Below, piece after piece: positions 60,501 to 64,000 of a stretch of 64,000 bases of DNA (positions are counted from its first letter, which is position 1; each line of letters opens with the position of its first letter). The notes under the pieces were generated by a model. The model had not been told where the DNA came from, did not search any database, and saw only the letters and a program-made list of their open reading frames with translations. Source of the stretch: Orbicella franksi (taxonomy: Eukaryota). The stretch spans positions 16,492,001 through 16,556,000 of the forward strand of contig OZ116712.1 in the NCBI GenBank assembly GCA_964199315.1. Direction: 5' to 3'. Position numbers and translations under genes: made by a program.

Positions 60501-63500
60501 AATAGGGTATTATTTTGGCCATTTTGATCTGAAATAGGGTATGGCTTTTGTGTAAAATGTTGTTGACAGTCATACTTAACTCCTGTGGTCCTTTACATTT
60601 GTACATTCATCCTTTTCTTTTGATTTTTTGTCTCTTGACTTTCCTCCTACCTAATAAAAGCTTATAAACATTGCCTCTAACATTGTTTAGAACTTGGAAA
60701 CTGATTATAAGGCACACCTGAAATAGGATATCAAATTTTTGGCCAGTTCTGATATAGGGTAGGGAAAATTGCAGATTTTGGTCTGAAATACTGTAGGGTA
60801 AGGGTTTCAGGAGGTGGGCCACAGACCCCTACCCAGTGTTTCTTGGAGTAGCCCCACCTCAGAGTTAGTGAACTCAGATGTGAAGTTTGTATCAAACATT
60901 TGAAGCAAATCTATGAAAAATGAAAGAGAGGTTCCCATAATATTGTCTGCATAATGATTTTCTTTTTCGTTTTAGATAACCTTAGTAACACAACCAGTGG
61001 TACCAAATCAGCATCATCGTTTTATGGGTCAAGAAATGCTGCCTGGTCTCCAAGTGACTGGTTAGTGATCCCTCTTTCCCTACCTGCCTGACTGTCCCTC
61101 CAATCCATCTATCCATCTTCTTTCTCTCTGTCTGTCTGCCTGTCTGTCTGTCTGTCTGTCTGTCCATCTGTCTGTTTGTCTGTCAAACTGTCCATCTAGC
61201 TATCCAGAAATGGCTCAAGTTGTGAACAATAATTATCTTTATGAGATGCAAACGATAATGTATCCTTGATAAATCTATAGGAAATCTACCAGTAAGACGT
61301 CAGGTCCAGGTCTGATGCCTCCACCCCGAGCAAGGACCCAGACATCACGTTTGGCTAGCCAAATTTCTTTCAGATCTCGTGAGAAGCATCCATTTGAAAA
61401 AGAAGTTGCATTAACTGGGTAGGGGAATGTCACTTGATCTCACTCATGATTGGTCATAACACAATAAACATTCCAGACATATTTAAATATTTTTTTCTTT
61501 GGTTGTAGCTTTTCAAACCTGGGGAATACATGTTATATGAATGCCATTCTTCAGTCACTGCTTGGTGTGCCGCCCTTTGTTCAGGATCTTTCAAACAAGG
61601 CTTTGTTGGAAAATGTTCATCCTCAGGGACTGTATAAGTAAGTTTGAAGATTGCATTTTGGTTCTAGAGTTAACTTTATGATTGAAAACAGAACAATAGC
61701 TTTTTTTCTGAATTTCTGTTTGGGGACTGATATTTCAAAATTTATCACTGTGTGCCTGTCTGTCCAGATGCTTGGCTGTCTGTCTAGATGATTGACAATT
61801 TGGATTGACTGACAACTTGAAGTGATGGACAACTTGGGTTGCCTGATTGACAACTTGGATTCATGACCACTTAAATAGATTGACAGTTTAGGTTGCATGA
61901 TTGGAAGTTGGTTTGATTGGCAACTTTGATTGATTGACAACTTAGACTGATTGACAATGTAAGATGATTGACGACTTGGGTTGATCGACTACTTGGTTTC
62001 ATTGACAACTTTGGCCTGTTGTCAACTTATATTGAGTGATTGAAACATGACTGAATTAATTGGTTCCTTGGACTGATTGACAACTTTGGCGAGTGACAGC
62101 TTAGTCTAGCATATACATGTACAGTTAGCATGGTTTTCCTGTTTTTTAAATAATGAACGTATTTCTCTTGTCTTTCTATTACAGTTGTCTTTACAATGTG
62201 TTATGCTGCAAGAAGAAATGTGGAAATCCTGAGGTGCTAAAAACTTGCTTGAGGAAATTAAAAAAAACAATCTCAGAGGCTGCCACTCGTTTCTCAGGAT
62301 ACCATCAACATGTAAGAGACATTTCACTACAAGTCCTTTTAATAACAGTTGGACCCCACTTATTTGAACTTGATTATTTTGAACTCCCTGGTATTTCAAA
62401 CTCAAAACCATTTTCTTTGGATATGCCCCTTAATCATTTACTATCAGCTATTTCAAACTCCTGCCATTTTGAATTATATTTCATTTCCCTTAAGATTTCG
62501 AAACAATGGGATTCAACTGTACCTCACTGCAAACTCCATGCATAAGAACACAAGCAACCAAGACTCCAAGAATGAGATTTGCTTAACACAATAGAATCAT
62601 CCATGTCCATGTATTAACTTTGTATGTTTTTTGTAGGATGCTCATGAATTCTTGTGTCAAGTGTTTGATCAGCTGAAAGATGATGTTAATACTTGCGATT
62701 CACCCTCATCTAAAGATGCTTCTAAAGAGAGCAACAATGTGGTAAGAAATGAGTGAATTATTTCAACTAAACAAGCCCCTACATGTGTGCCAATCACTTT
62801 TATGGCCAAGGAGGAAAACTGTCATTGGGTACTGTTATCATTGAATTTTCATTCAAGAACTACAAAACCTGCTTGTTTACATAATTAATCAAAGACTGTG
62901 TTTGACCACCATTCCAAAAACCAAGAAGAGAGTTGACAATACAATACATAGAGTATTTTTGTTTTACTTCAAGGTGTCTGGAAATGTTGTCAAGCATGGT
63001 ATTGAGTATAATTTATATATCTTCTCAATCCAAACTCAAGAGGGAAAACTAAGGAGAAAACAGAGGGAAAAAAATTGTAAAAATCTATGCTTATTAAAAT
63101 TAGATATCCAAACACCATCTTGCTGATGATTTCCTTTGTTTAAACTTGATGAGTTATGAATGATTTTGAGAATGAGAGTTTTGCATTCATGAGAATGACT
63201 TGGGAGAACTCAGACGCTGCAGAATCCAGAATCCAAGACTCAGTTAGAAGTTTGAGTGAAACTTCACCCTACTAGTATGTGGACTCACTGAGTGTGCTTG
63301 TTCATGAGCAGAAAAACAAGGACAGCCTCTTAGTGATTCTTATTTAATCTTGAATAGTCAACAGATTCACAATGTCCTGTGACAAGGTCATTTGAAAGTG
63401 GAGTGGTGCATACAGTCAGCTGTAAACAGTGAGTAGTGAACATTATGCTGCAATAACCTCTTACACCATTATTAGGAAACCATGAACTTTTTCCTTCCTT

Positions 63501-63890
63501 CTCTCTTTCCATCCCACCATTCATCCATTCGTCTATCTGTTTGCGTGTCTGTCTATCTTTCCTTCCTGCCTGTCTCCCTTCTCTACATCTCAACGTCTGT
63601 CCATCCATTCATCCGTCATCCTTCTTTCCAGCCATCCATCCATCTGTCCTTTCAAGAATCCCTTGACGTTCCTTCTCTTATTTGTTTGTTCCTGTTTGCT
63701 TCTTCCTTAATAACTTCCTTCCTTTGCTCCCTTTTTCCTTACTTCCTTTCTTCCTTTCCTGTGTTGTTAAAGAATAAGATGCAGCTCTGTAAGTCTTTGA
63801 TTACCATGGATGTGTTTTATAATTCAGATGTGGTGAGTCAGCTCCAAAAGAAGAGATCTACCATGCCTTTTCCCTTGACATTCCAGTTCT
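51504..63890 (+). CDS. USP37: Ubiquitin carboxyl-terminal hydrolase 37-like, 5' part (continues beyond the right edge)
   Basis: Exons 51504-51671, 53992-54169, 57984-58030, 58735-58847, 59410-59522, 60976-61060, 61281-61418, 61509-61637, 62185-62311, 62637-62741, 63358-63428, 63828-63890, phase-consistent. N-terminal PH-like region, SSFYGSR, Cys box GFSNLGNTCYMNAILQSL, RFSGYHQHDAHEFL, CPV..F...V.H.V.CKQCGE. Confidence 0.93.
52673..53805 (-). mobile_element. AcademH-like DNA transposon deletion derivative with RecQ-helicase remnant
   Basis: Termini TAGACTT....AAGTCCTTT at both ends. Perfect 9-bp TSD TGCATCTGC. Minus-strand decayed RecQ-like text KEGQAKAVEGYVSD*YVFV and VCVIFALLVDLMNDQVSSLQRKGIAA. 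Confidence 0.8.
54721..55039. mobile_element. MITE with (C)AGGGTTCGTAC TIRs
   Basis: AGGGTTCGTAC / GTACGAACCCTG; internal GTCATGGAAA repeats. Confidence 0.8.
55301..57807. mobile_element. MITE (GGGTTATTCCAGAAAAAATA TIRs) split by nested insertions
   Basis: 20-bp TIR with AAT on both flanks; about 2.27 kb of inserted DNA between about 55392 and 57660. Confidence 0.75.
56086..57271 (+). mobile_element. hAT transposon internal-deletion derivative (ZNF862/C17orf113-like transposase pseudogene)
   Basis: TIR CAGGGCTTGACACT; 5-bp TSD AAGAG. Frameshifted ORF 56443-57088 with TTF-type Zn finger (WLSEFIWL..MHCKVC...H....H..C) joined to the hAT dimerisation domain (LILPLSTSCCERGFSPMGKIKSDWRSCL); the catalytic core is missing. 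Confidence 0.9.
58374..58536. mobile_element. Short MITE of the CAGGGCTTGAC family
   Basis: CAGAGCTTGAC / GTCAAGCCCTG; flanks AGAGG / AGGGG. Confidence 0.7.
59668..59976 (+). repeat. Interspersed repeat, copy 2 (see 43707-43966)
   Basis: Direct sequence match to the reverse complement of 43707-43966. Confidence 0.8.
59981..60440 (+). mobile_element. LINE (CR1/L2-clade) 3' fragment
   Basis: TNGFKYSFFNRIVNEWNSLPNHIREANCIGTFKR (ORF2 C-terminus), then gap, 3' UTR and (TAAA)n tail. Confidence 0.8.
60111..60262. other. Assembly gap (152 N)
   Basis: Run of N. Confidence 1.
61120..61185. repeat. (CTGT)n microsatellite
   Basis: Tetranucleotide run; related (CCAT/CTGT) low-complexity tract at about 63500-63650. 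Confidence 0.9.
61790..62100. repeat. Degenerate ~17-bp minisatellite (GATTGACAACTTGG-like)
   Basis: More than 10 imperfect GATTGACAACT units. Confidence 0.85.
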
Positions 63891-64000
63891 GTAAGTATAC
63901 ATATTTCCTCCTTGTAAAATGTTCTTTATTCCATGTTTTACTCATTTCTAGTTTGTGTCAAACTGATAGAATTTCAGTGTCCTGAAGTAAAAGTAAAAGG

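Noticed and set aside
61790-62100. CRISPR-like array (also 39947-40340)
   Set aside because: Degenerate units without unique constant-length spacers, no cas genes, eukaryotic intron context.
63482-63985. 167-aa hydrophobic ORF
   Set aside because: Translation of pyrimidine-rich simple repeats overlapping a USP37 exon in another frame.

Overview
Eukaryotic, intron-rich, AT-rich animal DNA. The repeat families and gene content suggest an anthozoan cnidarian, probably a stony coral (inference). Manual splicing with phase checks gives eight protein-coding genes: RAB3GAP1 (minus, 5 exons, runs off the left edge), head-to-head with a NEURL2-like NHR+SOCS-box gene; SPATS2-like (13 firm exons plus tentative 3' exons); a 25-aa RPL41 absent from the ORF track; SLC35G1-like; a BTB-BACK-TLDc gene; a 65-aa COX8-like gene; and USP37-like (12 exons, runs off the right edge). 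The introns are packed with non-autonomous DNA transposons, many with readable TIRs and TSDs of 2, 3, 4, 5, 6, 8 and 9 bp. These include an AcademH-like derivative with a RecQ remnant, a hAT derivative with a 5-bp TSD inside a triple-nested insertion, Kolobok-like and piggyBac-like MITEs, a 5'-inverted Penelope fragment, three SINE copies and a LINE 3' end. There is a 152-N gap at 60111-60262. I see no CRISPR array, rRNA or true tRNA gene. I found no clearly new biological system; the best leads are missed small genes and unusual transposon architecture. All family calls come from recalled sequences, not database searches.
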